Under the pieces are notes generated by a model. It was not told where the DNA came from, did no database searches, and worked only from the letters and a program-made list of their open reading frames with translations. The position numbers and the translations under genes were made by a program. Below, in pieces: positions 33,976-42,578 of a DNA stretch of 64,000 bases (the first letter of the stretch is position 1; the number at the start of each line of letters is the position of its first letter). The DNA is from Solirubrobacteraceae bacterium (lineage in GTDB: Bacteria > Actinomycetota > Thermoleophilia > Solirubrobacterales > Solirubrobacteraceae). Where the stretch lies: contig DATHNT010000013.1 of NCBI GenBank assembly GCA_035485715.1, positions 26,448-90,447 on the forward strand, in the 5' to 3' direction.

Positions 33976-35199
33976 ATGGCGCCGCTCAACCGTGTGGCGC
34001 TGCTTGTCACGTTCGCTCACGCCGCGTTCAGCTACTGGACGAGCGTATTCCCACGCGTCTGCTTTTACGTCGCCCGCTGGCGACGCCGCGCGCGGCGAAT
34101 ACCCGATCCCGTACTACGTCAGTTAGCACTCGACGCGCTCGACAAGCGCGGCAACATCGAGGGCGCAGCGGCTTTCGCCGCGTTCGTTCCGTTGGCCCGA
34201 CGGACCGACGTGACGAGGGCCACGAGCGCCTTCCAAGCGGCGTACAACCTGCTCGACATACTCGGCGAGCAGCCAAGCCCCGATCCGGTGCTCGACGGGC
34301 GACGACTGCACGAAGCACTGGTCTATGCGGTCACCCCGAAAGGCACCACAGCGCCGCGCGGCAGCGAAGTGGGCTCTCTCGACACGGACTCCTCCAGCGC
34401 CGATGGATGCACGACGGAGGGCGCTCGTGCACTCGACTGGTATGAGCATCATCCGCAACGCAACGACGGCGGATATCTGGACGCACTGATAGAGGAATGC
34501 CGTGACGCATTCGCGGCACTGCCCTCCCACCTCATGGCGGCGCCCTCAGCGCAGGCCGCGGCCGCTCGCATCGTCGCCTTTCAGAGCCTCAACCTGAGCA
34601 GGTCCCAGGGCGAGCACACCGGCTTGGAGCAGTGGGCGCGCGCAGCCACACCGCCCGGAACCGACTTGCAATGGTGGGAGACCGCCGCCGCGGCCGGCTC
34701 CTCGCTTGGCGTGCACGTACTGATCGCGGCCGCCGCCGGGCCGCAGCTCGAGATGGGCGAGGTCAACGTGCTGGCGCACGCCTACTTTCCTTGGATCGGC
34801 GGTTTGCACTCGCTGCTTGACAACCTGATCGACAAACACGAGGACGAGGCGGCGGGCCACCGCAGCCTGATCGAGTACTACGGCCCCGAGCAGGCCGCAC
34901 AGCGGATGAGGTGGATTGCCGAGCAGGCCCTCGAGAAGGCCGGCGGGCTGCCGCACAGCCGCCGCCACATCGTGATCTTGGCAGCGATGATCGGCAACTA
35001 TCTGGCGACGCCCGAAGCACACAGTGCCGAGCTGCAACCGATCGGCGACAGCGTGCTTGCCACGGTCAACGCGCTTCGGCGGCCGACGATGCTCGTGTTC
35101 GAGTTGCGCCGTCTACCCGCGCTGATACGGGCCAAGCTTGGGCATCCAGCCGACGATACACAGAAGCAGACAACTCCCAACGTGGACATTTTCAGATAG
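33976..35199 (+). CDS. DUF2600 family protein (YtpB/tetraprenyl-beta-curcumene-synthase-like class I terpene synthase)
   Basis: NDGGYLDALIEEC, WWETAAAAGSSLG, YFPWIGGLHSLLDNLIDKHED, SLIEYY, all typical of DUF2600. Confidence 0.85.
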   Translation: MAPLNRVALLVTFAHAAFSYWTSVFPRVCFYVARWRRRARRIPDPVLRQLALDALDKRGNIEGAAAFAAFVPLARRTDVTRATSAFQAAYNLLDILGEQPSPDPVLDGRRLHEALVYAVTPKGTTAPRGSEVGSLDTDSSSADGCTTEGARALDWYEHHPQRNDGGYLDALIEECRDAFAALPSHLMAAPSAQAAAARIVAFQSLNLSRSQGEHTGLEQWARAATPPGTDLQWWETAAAAGSSLGVHVLIAAAAGPQLEMGEVNVLAHAYFPWIGGLHSLLDNLIDKHEDEAAGHRSLIEYYGPEQAAQRMRWIAEQALEKAGGLPHSRRHIVILAAMIGNYLATPEAHSAELQPIGDSVLATVNALRRPTMLVFELRRLPALIRAKLGHPADDTQKQTTPNVDIFR

Positions 35200-35276
35200 G
35201 GTTTCTCCACAGGTCAAGCAGGAGGGGGTCGGTAGCATGGTCAGCTGCCGGCCGGTCACAAGGGAGAGGGACACGC

Positions 35277-36008
35277 ATGCTGGAGCTGCGGGATCTCGTC
35301 AAGCACTACCACACAGCCGGAGAGGAGACCGTACGCGCCGTAGACGGCGTGTCGCTATCGGTCTCCCAGGGCGAGATGGTTGCCCTTTACGGTCCGAGCG
35401 GCTCGGGTAAGACCACCCTGCTTCTGATGGTCGCCGCGCTGTTGGCGCCGACCAGCGGCAAAGTCCTGGTGAACGGCCGCGACATCTCTTCGCTCTCAGA
35501 GCGCGAGGCATCGCATTTCCGCCTCCAGGAAATGGGCTTCGTGCGTCAGAACTTCGATCTGCTGCCCGGCGTGACGGCGATCGACAACACGGTGCTCAAG
35601 CTGCTCAAGAACACCCCTTGGAAGGATGCCCACAAAAGCGTACAGCCGTTGCTCGAGCGCTTGGGACTGGGCGGGCGTCTCACGCACCGCTCCGAGACGC
35701 TCTCGATGGGCGAGCGTCAACGCGTGATGATCGCCAGGGCGCTGTCGACCGAGCCGAAGCTGCTGCTCGCCGACGAGCCAACCGGCAGCCTCGACACGCA
35801 GCGCGGGCGCGAGGTGCTCGAACTACTGACCGAGCTGTGCCGCGAACGAGGCGTGGCGATCGTGCTCGTCAGCCACGATCCCCAGGCGGCCGCATACGCC
35901 GACCGCGTACTGGCGCTGCGCGATGGCAAGCTGGTCGACTACGACCCAGACCAGGGTCTCGCGCCCACCAGCTCCGCACGCGGCGCGCACGACGACAGCG
36001 CGGCGTGA
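35277..36008 (+). CDS. ABC transporter ATP-binding protein, LolD/MacB-like (paralog of 6378-7097)
   Basis: GPSGSGKT, LSMGERQR, ADEPTGSLD, VSHD. RBS GGAG; TAGCAT -10 at 35233-35238. Confidence 0.95.
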   Translation: MLELRDLVKHYHTAGEETVRAVDGVSLSVSQGEMVALYGPSGSGKTTLLLMVAALLAPTSGKVLVNGRDISSLSEREASHFRLQEMGFVRQNFDLLPGVTAIDNTVLKLLKNTPWKDAHKSVQPLLERLGLGGRLTHRSETLSMGERQRVMIARALSTEPKLLLADEPTGSLDTQRGREVLELLTELCRERGVAIVLVSHDPQAAAYADRVLALRDGKLVDYDPDQGLAPTSSARGAHDDSAA

Positions 36009-36033
36009 GCGTAACGATCTCAGGGGGCAGGCG

Positions 36034-38550
36034 ATGAGGTTCGCGAACGTGCTTCACCTGTACCGCGTGCGTCTGCGTGCGCGGGCCCTGCAAGAGTGCT
36101 TCGCCCTGATCGGTATCGCCGCCGGCGTAGGGCTTCTGTTCGCCTCCCAGATCGCCAGCTCAAGCCTGTCAAGCTCGGTTGGGCAGCTCAACAGCGGCAT
36201 CGTCGGCGCCGCGACTTTGCAGCTGACCGCGCGCGCGGCACAGGGCATGCCGGAAAAGCTCGTCGACGAAACTCGGCGGCTGAATGGGGTGCGGATCGCG
36301 GCTCCGCTGCTCGAAGTGAGCGCCAACGCGGTCGGGCCGAAGGGCAGCGACTCGGTGGAGCTCGTCGGCGCCGACAGCACGTTGGCCGAACTCAAGGGCG
36401 CGCTCGTGCGCAAAGTGGCGCTCACTCCTTTCGCCGGCGTAGAAGCGGTCGTGCTGCCCGCGCCCGTCGCCAAAACGCTTGGAGCCAAGAAATTCGGTGA
36501 CATCATCAAGTTTCAAGCGCTTGGGCACACGAGCGAAGCGGCGCTCTATTCACGACTTGGCGAAAAGCAGATCGGCGCTCTGATCTCCAGCCCGATCGCC
36601 ATCAGCACGCTTGAATACGTACAGAAAGCGAGCGGCTTGAACGGACGCGTGAGCCGCATCCTGGTCGAGCCCAAGCCCGGCCAGACAGCGACTGTACGAG
36701 CCGGCTTGGAACGAATCGCCCAGGGGCGCTACGGCGTGGAGTCGGCAAGCTATGACGAACAGCTGTTTGCCAAGGCGGCAGCCGCAACCAACCAGTCGAC
36801 GCAACTGTTCGCGGTCATCAGTGCGCTTGTCGGCTTCCTGTTCGCGTTCAACGCGATGTTGCTGACCGTTCCCCAACGCCGGCGCCTGATCGCCGACCTG
36901 CGCCGTGACGGCTACACGCCGAAGGCGGTGATCGCCGTGCTGATGTTCGACGCCGTCGTGCTCGGCACGATCGCCTGCGCGATCGGACTGGTGCTCGGCG
37001 ATGAGCTCTCGATCCACCTTTTCCATTCGAACCCGGGCTATCTGTCATCCGCCTTCGCGGTTGGCTCTGAGCGCGTCGTGAACTTGCAGAGCATCGTCAT
37101 CTCGATAGTCGGCGGCATGGGCGCCGCGAGCGTGGCCGTGTTGAGCCCTTTCAAGGACATCGTCTCGCGCAACCCGCTTGCCGCGATCGAAACCAAGGAA
37201 GGCACCGGCGGAAGCACCTCGCCACTACTGACCATCTTCGGACTCCTGTGCCTTGCGGCCACACTCGCGATCCTGCTTGCCGCCCCACAGGCGGCGATCG
37301 TCGGGATGGTCACGCTGATCGCGGCGTTGCTCGCACTACTGGCGATACCGCTCAGCGGCATGCTCGCACTGGTGAGACGAATAGCGCCGAGCATCGTCAG
37401 CGCCGTACCGCACATCGCCGTGATGGAGCTTCGGGCCGGGCGCTCGCGCGCGATCGCGATCGCCGCGACCGGTGCGATCGCCGTGTTCGGCAGCGTCTCG
37501 ATCCAAGGGGCACACAGCGACCTGCTGAAGGGGCTGTACAACGCGGCAAGCGACGTCAATGCTTCGACCGACGTCTGGGTGTCGGCGGCCGGCAACTCCA
37601 ACCTGCTGATGACTTCCCCCTTTACCCCGACCCAGCAGGCAAAGTTGGCCGCGCTGCCTGGGGTGCGCTCGGTCCGCATCTACCGCGGGGGCCTGCTCGA
37701 CTACAACGACCGGCGCATCTGGGTGATCGCGCCGCCCAGCGAAGCCTCGCCGCTGGTGCCGCCGACACAGCTCGTGGAAGGTAGCGTCACCCAGGCCGAC
37801 GCGCGCGTGCGCGAAGGGGGCTGGGCGGTCGTCTCGCTGGCGCTCGCCGAAGAACACAAACTGAAAATCGGCCAGTCCTTCACACTGCCGACGCCGAATC
37901 CGAGCACGTACCGCGTCGCCGCGATCAGCACCAACATCGGCTGGGCGCCAGGAGCGATCGTGATGAGTGCCGGCGACTACGCAAAGGCCTGGGGCAGCAG
38001 CGACGCAAGCGCCTACAACGTGCTGATGCAGCCTGGCGTCTCGCCCGAGCAGGGCGTGCACGAGATCAGAGCGGCCCTGGGCAGCGAAACGGCACTCGCA
38101 GCGCAGACCGCTGAAGAGCACGCCAACACACTGCGCTCGATCACGCGCCAGGGCCTTGAACGGCTCTCGCAGATCGCGACCCTGATCCTGGTGGCAGCAG
38201 TGATGGCAATGGCAGCGGCGATGGGCGCGATGATCTGGCAGCGCCGTCCACGCCTGGCCAAGCTCAAGCTCGAGGGCTTCCCCCATCGCGAACTTTGGTA
38301 CACGATCGTGCTCGAGAGCCTGATGCTGCTGGGCGTCGGCTGCTTCAGCGGAGCCGTCTTCGGTCTCTTCGGCCAGCAACTGCTCGACCGCGCCTTGAAC
38401 ATCGTCATCAACTACCCCGTCGTCAGCTCCGTCGGGGTGGTGGTGGCGCTGTCGAGCCTCGCGCTCGTCACTGCCTCCGCCGTTCTGATGGTGGCGATCC
38501 CCGGCTGGTTCGCCGCCAAGGTGCAGGCCAGCCTCGCACTCCAAGACTAG
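36034..38550 (+). CDS. FtsX-like/MacB-type double-repeat ABC permease (838 aa, paralog of 7100-9619)
   Basis: Colinear with 7100-9619, sharing blocks such as LFSV/LFAVISALVGFLFAFNAMLLTVPQRRRL and RRPRLAKLKLEG; ends LALQD. Confidence 0.92.
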   Translation: MRFANVLHLYRVRLRARALQECFALIGIAAGVGLLFASQIASSSLSSSVGQLNSGIVGAATLQLTARAAQGMPEKLVDETRRLNGVRIAAPLLEVSANAVGPKGSDSVELVGADSTLAELKGALVRKVALTPFAGVEAVVLPAPVAKTLGAKKFGDIIKFQALGHTSEAALYSRLGEKQIGALISSPIAISTLEYVQKASGLNGRVSRILVEPKPGQTATVRAGLERIAQGRYGVESASYDEQLFAKAAAATNQSTQLFAVISALVGFLFAFNAMLLTVPQRRRLIADLRRDGYTPKAVIAVLMFDAVVLGTIACAIGLVLGDELSIHLFHSNPGYLSSAFAVGSERVVNLQSIVISIVGGMGAASVAVLSPFKDIVSRNPLAAIETKEGTGGSTSPLLTIFGLLCLAATLAILLAAPQAAIVGMVTLIAALLALLAIPLSGMLALVRRIAPSIVSAVPHIAVMELRAGRSRAIAIAATGAIAVFGSVSIQGAHSDLLKGLYNAASDVNASTDVWVSAAGNSNLLMTSPFTPTQQAKLAALPGVRSVRIYRGGLLDYNDRRIWVIAPPSEASPLVPPTQLVEGSVTQADARVREGGWAVVSLALAEEHKLKIGQSFTLPTPNPSTYRVAAISTNIGWAPGAIVMSAGDYAKAWGSSDASAYNVLMQPGVSPEQGVHEIRAALGSETALAAQTAEEHANTLRSITRQGLERLSQIATLILVAAVMAMAAAMGAMIWQRRPRLAKLKLEGFPHRELWYTIVLESLMLLGVGCFSGAVFGLFGQQLLDRALNIVINYPVVSSVGVVVALSSLALVTASAVLMVAIPGWFAAKVQASLALQD

Positions 38551-38569
38551 TCGGGGCCAGGACCCGCAT

Positions 38570-38615
38570 CATCCTCTGCCCCGACAGGCTCTTCGAGCCG
38601 TCGGGGCAGAGGATG
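38570..38615. terminator. Bidirectional terminator hairpin
   Basis: 16-bp perfect stem CATCCTCTGCCCCGAC/GTCGGGGCAGAGGATG plus inner GGCTC-TTC-GAGCC, between convergent genes. Confidence 0.8.
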
Positions 38616-38622
38616 AGCCGGA

Positions 38623-39435
38623 CTATTTCTTGTGAGGAGTCGGCGGCGGGCAGGGGACGTTGTGCGTCGCCACCACCTGGCTGCCGTCTTGGAACGTGAA
38701 CAGCGCGGAGAACGGGAAACCACCCTTTGGACACTTCGTCGGAAGTGAGATGCCCTGCGGTTTGTAACCAACCAGTTTTCCGTGCACTCGCTTGTAGTAG
38801 GTGAGATGTTCGGGGCCGATCGTCGATTTGACGTTGATGATCGACACCGGCGGTCCGTTCGTGACACTGGGTATCTGCGGGATCGCGGTGTCGAGATCGC
38901 CGCCGAATGCGCCTTCTCCGGGAAGCAATTCGCCCGCGAAGACGATCTGCGCATATACGGGCGCAAGCCCATTGGCGTAGAACAGCACCACGATGTTGCC
39001 TTCGTGCGGTGGCCCCATCAATGCCTCGATTTCAGGAATCTCCCGGCCCGCACCCTCTCCAAACGGCACTTCCACGAATGCGCTGCCGAATCCCAGTCGA
39101 GAGTTGGCGGGACAGCCCGCGATGCCTTTCGCCACCAGCGCTTCGGGCTTGCAGATTGCCAGCCCAAGGGTGGTCGTGACGTAGTTCATGCCCTTGGGCA
39201 TCCGCAAGCTGACGTGAGTCAGCGGCGAAGGTAGCCCGCCTGTCGTACTACCGATCGTGAAGCCGAAGCCGATCGTTGTCGAGGCGCCCAACTTCTCGGG
39301 CGTGAACGACGTCTGCAAGGCGACCGTCTCAGCTGCCTGCGCCGATGCGGAGATCCCGCACAGCACAAGTAGGCAGCTGAGAGCAAGCGGCCCAAGCACG
39401 AGGGCGCGAGCCCTGCGTATCCGCGCTCTGGACAA
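38623..39435 (-). CDS. Secreted 4-Cys beta-rich protein of unknown function (paralog 3)
   Basis: GGAGG RBS, signal ending AQA; PEKLGA, C-x12-CP, YYKRVHGK, CPKGGFPF, FQDGS, CP. Confidence 0.85.
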   Translation of the reverse strand: MSRARIRRARALVLGPLALSCLLVLCGISASAQAAETVALQTSFTPEKLGASTTIGFGFTIGSTTGGLPSPLTHVSLRMPKGMNYVTTTLGLAICKPEALVAKGIAGCPANSRLGFGSAFVEVPFGEGAGREIPEIEALMGPPHEGNIVVLFYANGLAPVYAQIVFAGELLPGEGAFGGDLDTAIPQIPSVTNGPPVSIINVKSTIGPEHLTYYKRVHGKLVGYKPQGISLPTKCPKGGFPFSALFTFQDGSQVVATHNVPCPPPTPHKK

Positions 39436-39449
39436 GATGCCTCCGCTCG

Positions 39450-39956
39450 CTAATACGACATGGGTCCGCTCACGTGCACCGTGACGGCGTCGTTTGAGCG
39501 CTGGATGGTGCCGCTGAAGCTGAGAGCCGAGGCTTTCGCTTTCGAGTAGGTACCACTGCCTTTGGTGATCGTCATCGTGCCCGAGAACGACGCGGTCGAG
39601 CCGGCCACGTGGTAGCTCGCTTTGGCGTCACCGCTGATCGAGCCGCCTTTGGGATAGACCTGCACCTGCGCGGTCACGCTGCGGGTCGAGGTGACGTCGA
39701 GCTGCAGGTAGAGCTTGCCGCTCAGCGAGCCTTTCGCCGTGCCACCCTCTTTGAGCACGAGCCCGTGTTTGTTTTCCAGGTGCAGGCTGGCGCTGTCGTT
39801 CAAGTCGAGCGTGCGCGCAGCTGTCGCATGCGGCGCCGCAGCACCGGCTCCGGCCGTGCCGAAGGCCGCAGCTGTCGCGGCAGCGCCGAGCGCAAGCGCG
39901 GCGGTTGAGATACGCATGCGAGCGGACTTGCGCTTGCGCGAAGACTGATTCCCCAT
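39450..39956 (-). CDS. Secreted small beta-barrel protein (AOC/dirigent-like, tentative), paralog 2
   Basis: GGAGGG RBS before ATG 39956; Ala-rich signal; ITKGSGTYSKAK and LSFSGTIQRSNDA shared with 5800-6351. Confidence 0.8.
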   Translation of the reverse strand: MGNQSSRKRKSARMRISTAALALGAAATAAAFGTAGAGAAAPHATAARTLDLNDSASLHLENKHGLVLKEGGTAKGSLSGKLYLQLDVTSTRSVTAQVQVYPKGGSISGDAKASYHVAGSTASFSGTMTITKGSGTYSKAKASALSFSGTIQRSNDAVTVHVSGPMSY

Positions 39957-40187
39957 CGTTCCCTCCATATGGCTGTTGATGTCGTGTCCCATTAGAACAG
40001 ACCCCTCTCCTCGGTACGACCCCCCCAAACCCAAAAGCCTAGTCCACATAGCGGAAAGGCAGTGCGGCTGGACAATTCTAGTGCATATAGGCCTACGAAG
40101 TTCAACCACTCACGCTAGCGGAAGTTGTGCATTTCCAACGCCAACCTCAGTCTGCCTCCCAAGGGATGTGCCCTAAGGTCACCCTCC

Positions 40188-41123
40188 GTGAGCCAGATCG
40201 AGCTGAGCTACTGCATCGTCAACACATCCCAGCGCGAGTTGATGCTGCGCGGGCTTGACGCGCTCGCGCGCGAGCGCGACGTGCTGCCGTTTACAAGCGA
40301 GGTGCTGGTACTCGACAACGGCTCGCGCGACGGCTCGGCGCAGGCAGCACACGAGCACGCCGCCGTTGACGAGGTGATCGCACTCGAGCAGAGACAGGGC
40401 AAGGCGATCAACGACTCCGAGTTGTTGCGTCGCGCACGTGGACGCTATGCGCTGTTGCTCAACGAGGACTCCGAGCTGCAGCCTGGAGCGACATTGGCGC
40501 TGCACGAGGCGCTCGAGCGCCGTCCCGACGCCGCCTGTGCGGGAGCCAAGCTGTTGCGTCCGGACGGTGCCGGGCAGGCATGCGCCTGGCGCTTTCCCAC
40601 ACCGCTCGCCGCCCTGGCAAGTGCGCTGCTTCTGCAGCGCCTCTACACCGTGCAGAGCAAGGGAGGGCGCACGCGCGAGGTGGACTGGTGCCAGTCCTCG
40701 GCACTGCTCGTCCGCCGCGAGTCAGCCGCACAGGTCGACTACCTCGACCCGGACTTCTTCGTCTACTCAGACGAGGTCGACTTCGCTCGACGCCTGCGCG
40801 ACGCGGGCTGGCGCAGCCTGTATGTGCCGAGCGCGGTGGCAATCCATCACGAGCAGCTGTCGACCGGCGCGGTGCCAGAGCGACGCATCGTCGAACTGTC
40901 CCGCAACCGCGACCTGTACATGCGCAAGCACCACACGCCAGCGGCCGCGCGCGCGGTGCGCTGGCTGACGGCTCTCTCCTATGCGGAGCGCGCGCTTGCG
41001 GCGCTGCTATTGCCTGGCCACCCGGCCAAGCGCTACTGGCGCCATGTGACGGCGACGCTGTTCCCTTCTCGGGGCGAGGGACTACGTGAGGCGGCCGAAG
41101 CCTACAACCGCTCATCCCAATAA
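40188..41123 (+). CDS. GT2 glycosyltransferase (WbbL/rhamnosyltransferase-like)
   Basis: SYCIVNT, VLDNGSRDGS, LLLNED, LDPDFFVYSDEVD. Confidence 0.88.
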   Translation: MSQIELSYCIVNTSQRELMLRGLDALARERDVLPFTSEVLVLDNGSRDGSAQAAHEHAAVDEVIALEQRQGKAINDSELLRRARGRYALLLNEDSELQPGATLALHEALERRPDAACAGAKLLRPDGAGQACAWRFPTPLAALASALLLQRLYTVQSKGGRTREVDWCQSSALLVRRESAAQVDYLDPDFFVYSDEVDFARRLRDAGWRSLYVPSAVAIHHEQLSTGAVPERRIVELSRNRDLYMRKHHTPAAARAVRWLTALSYAERALAALLLPGHPAKRYWRHVTATLFPSRGEGLREAAEAYNRSSQ

Positions 41124-41136
41124 CCATTTCGGGGAA

Positions 41137-41183
41137 GACAGCGCCGCATGCGGCGCTGTCCGGTCGGCGCATGCGCCGACCGG
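41137..41183. repeat. Two abutting perfect 24-bp palindromes
   Basis: GACAGCGCCGCATGCGGCGCTGTC (41137-41160) and CCGGTCGGCGCATGCGCCGACCGG (41160-41183). Confidence 0.95.
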
Positions 41184-41263
41184 TCACAGAGGTTGGGAGA
41201 GGTGCATGTCCGACCTGGAATTGGTCACAGAAGTTGAGAGAGGTGCATGCTCAACCTGGAACT
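41182..41263 (+). repeat. 41-bp tandem repeat x2 with conserved internal hairpin
   Basis: Units 41182-41222 and 41223-41263 are 35/41 identical; stems GGTTGGG/TCCGACC and GTTGAG/CTCAAC. Confidence 0.9.
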
Positions 41264-41271
41264 ACAGGCAG

Positions 41272-42462
41272 CTAAACGACAGCCAGCTCTTCCAGCAACA
41301 CGCTCACCACGTGCTCGTCCAACTGCGTGCCACTTACCCGCAACAGCTCCTCGCGCGCCTGCACATCGGTGCGCGCAGCACGGTAGGGACGATCGGTGAC
41401 GATCGCGTCGTAGGTGTCGCAAACCGAGATGATCCGCGCAGCCAGCGGTATCCGCTCGCCCGCGAGACCATCCGGATAGCCCTTGCCGTCGACGCGCTCG
41501 TGGCTGGAGCGCACCGCGGGAGCCAGGTGCGAGAAGGTGTCGATACGCTCGACCAGCTCCGCGCCGACGACCGTGTGGCTGCGCATCACGACCCACTCCT
41601 CCTCGGTCAGGGGACCTTCCTTGCAGAGAATCTCGCTCGGCACGGCGATCTTGCCGACGTCGTGCAGCATCGCCGCATAGTGGACCTCGCGCGCCTGTTT
41701 GGCGCTGAGTCCCATGCGCAACGCGACGCGTTCGGCCAAGGTCGCAACGTCGCTGCCGTGACAGGCGGTGTAGTCGTCCTTGGCCTCGACGGTGCTCGTC
41801 ACGACCGCAAGCGTGTTCGTGAAGGCCTGCTCGATGTCCGAGATCAGCCCGGCCCTATGGACCGCGGAGCCAAAACTCGCGGCGATCGCCTCCACCAACA
41901 CCGCCTCAGCCTCGCCGAGCGCTTCAGGCTCGACAGACTCGATGTTGAGAACGCCCCAGACCGACCCATCGACGACGATCGCCACACTCAACTCAGAGCA
42001 CGGATCGGTCTCGGGGTCGCGCGCAATGTAGTCGGGGTCCTTGCGAGTGTCACCCACGAGAGCCGTCAAGCCCGAGCGGGCCACGCGTCCGTTCACACCC
42101 TCGTTCACGGATTGCTCCACGATCAGAAACTCCGTCATCACCTCGGCCAGCGGCCCACGACCGGCCATCAGTCGCAGGACTCCGTCCTCGTCGAGTCGTT
42201 GCACCGCCGCCAGGTAGAAGGCGAAGGTCTCGTGCAGCTCATCTACGACCAGCTGCGTCATCTCGTCGACGTCTCGCGTGGCGGCCAGTCGCGCCGTCAG
42301 CCGGGCCGCCGCACGCAACTGGGAGCGCAGGTAGGCGAGCTCACCGGCCGCCGCGATGCTCTGCACACGCTCGTCAGCTCGGTAGCGGCGCAGGGCCTCG
42401 GCCCTGCGTGCAAGCTCACGCCGACCAGCTGGCCGGGGTGGATTTACAGTGGACTCACGCAC
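41272..42462 (-). CDS. GAF + HD-GYP domain phosphodiesterase
   Basis: GAF (GVNGRVARSG...SELSVAI...GVLNIES), then LHDVGK, SHERVDGKGYP, CDTYDAI, RPYR. Confidence 0.9.
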   Translation of the reverse strand: MRESTVNPPRPAGRRELARRAEALRRYRADERVQSIAAAGELAYLRSQLRAAARLTARLAATRDVDEMTQLVVDELHETFAFYLAAVQRLDEDGVLRLMAGRGPLAEVMTEFLIVEQSVNEGVNGRVARSGLTALVGDTRKDPDYIARDPETDPCSELSVAIVVDGSVWGVLNIESVEPEALGEAEAVLVEAIAASFGSAVHRAGLISDIEQAFTNTLAVVTSTVEAKDDYTACHGSDVATLAERVALRMGLSAKQAREVHYAAMLHDVGKIAVPSEILCKEGPLTEEEWVVMRSHTVVGAELVERIDTFSHLAPAVRSSHERVDGKGYPDGLAGERIPLAARIISVCDTYDAIVTDRPYRAARTDVQAREELLRVSGTQLDEHVVSVLLEELAVV

Positions 42463-42578
42463 GCAGGCGGAATCGGCTAAAAAGCCCCATAACTTGAGCT
42501 TTTGCGCGAAATCACGCGACCGGATTCGTCAAACCATCACCCCCTTTTGGATCGATCCAGAGGGATGATCAGGCAGAA

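Noticed and set aside
40161-40176. DosR-like box AGGGATGTGCCCT
   Set aside because: Arms are only 4 bp and the spacing is wrong; it abuts the GT2 -10 and is probably chance.
41137-41263. CRISPR array (also considered for 11868-12017 and 10393-10454)
   Set aside because: Only two directly abutting units with no unique spacers, and no cas genes in the window.
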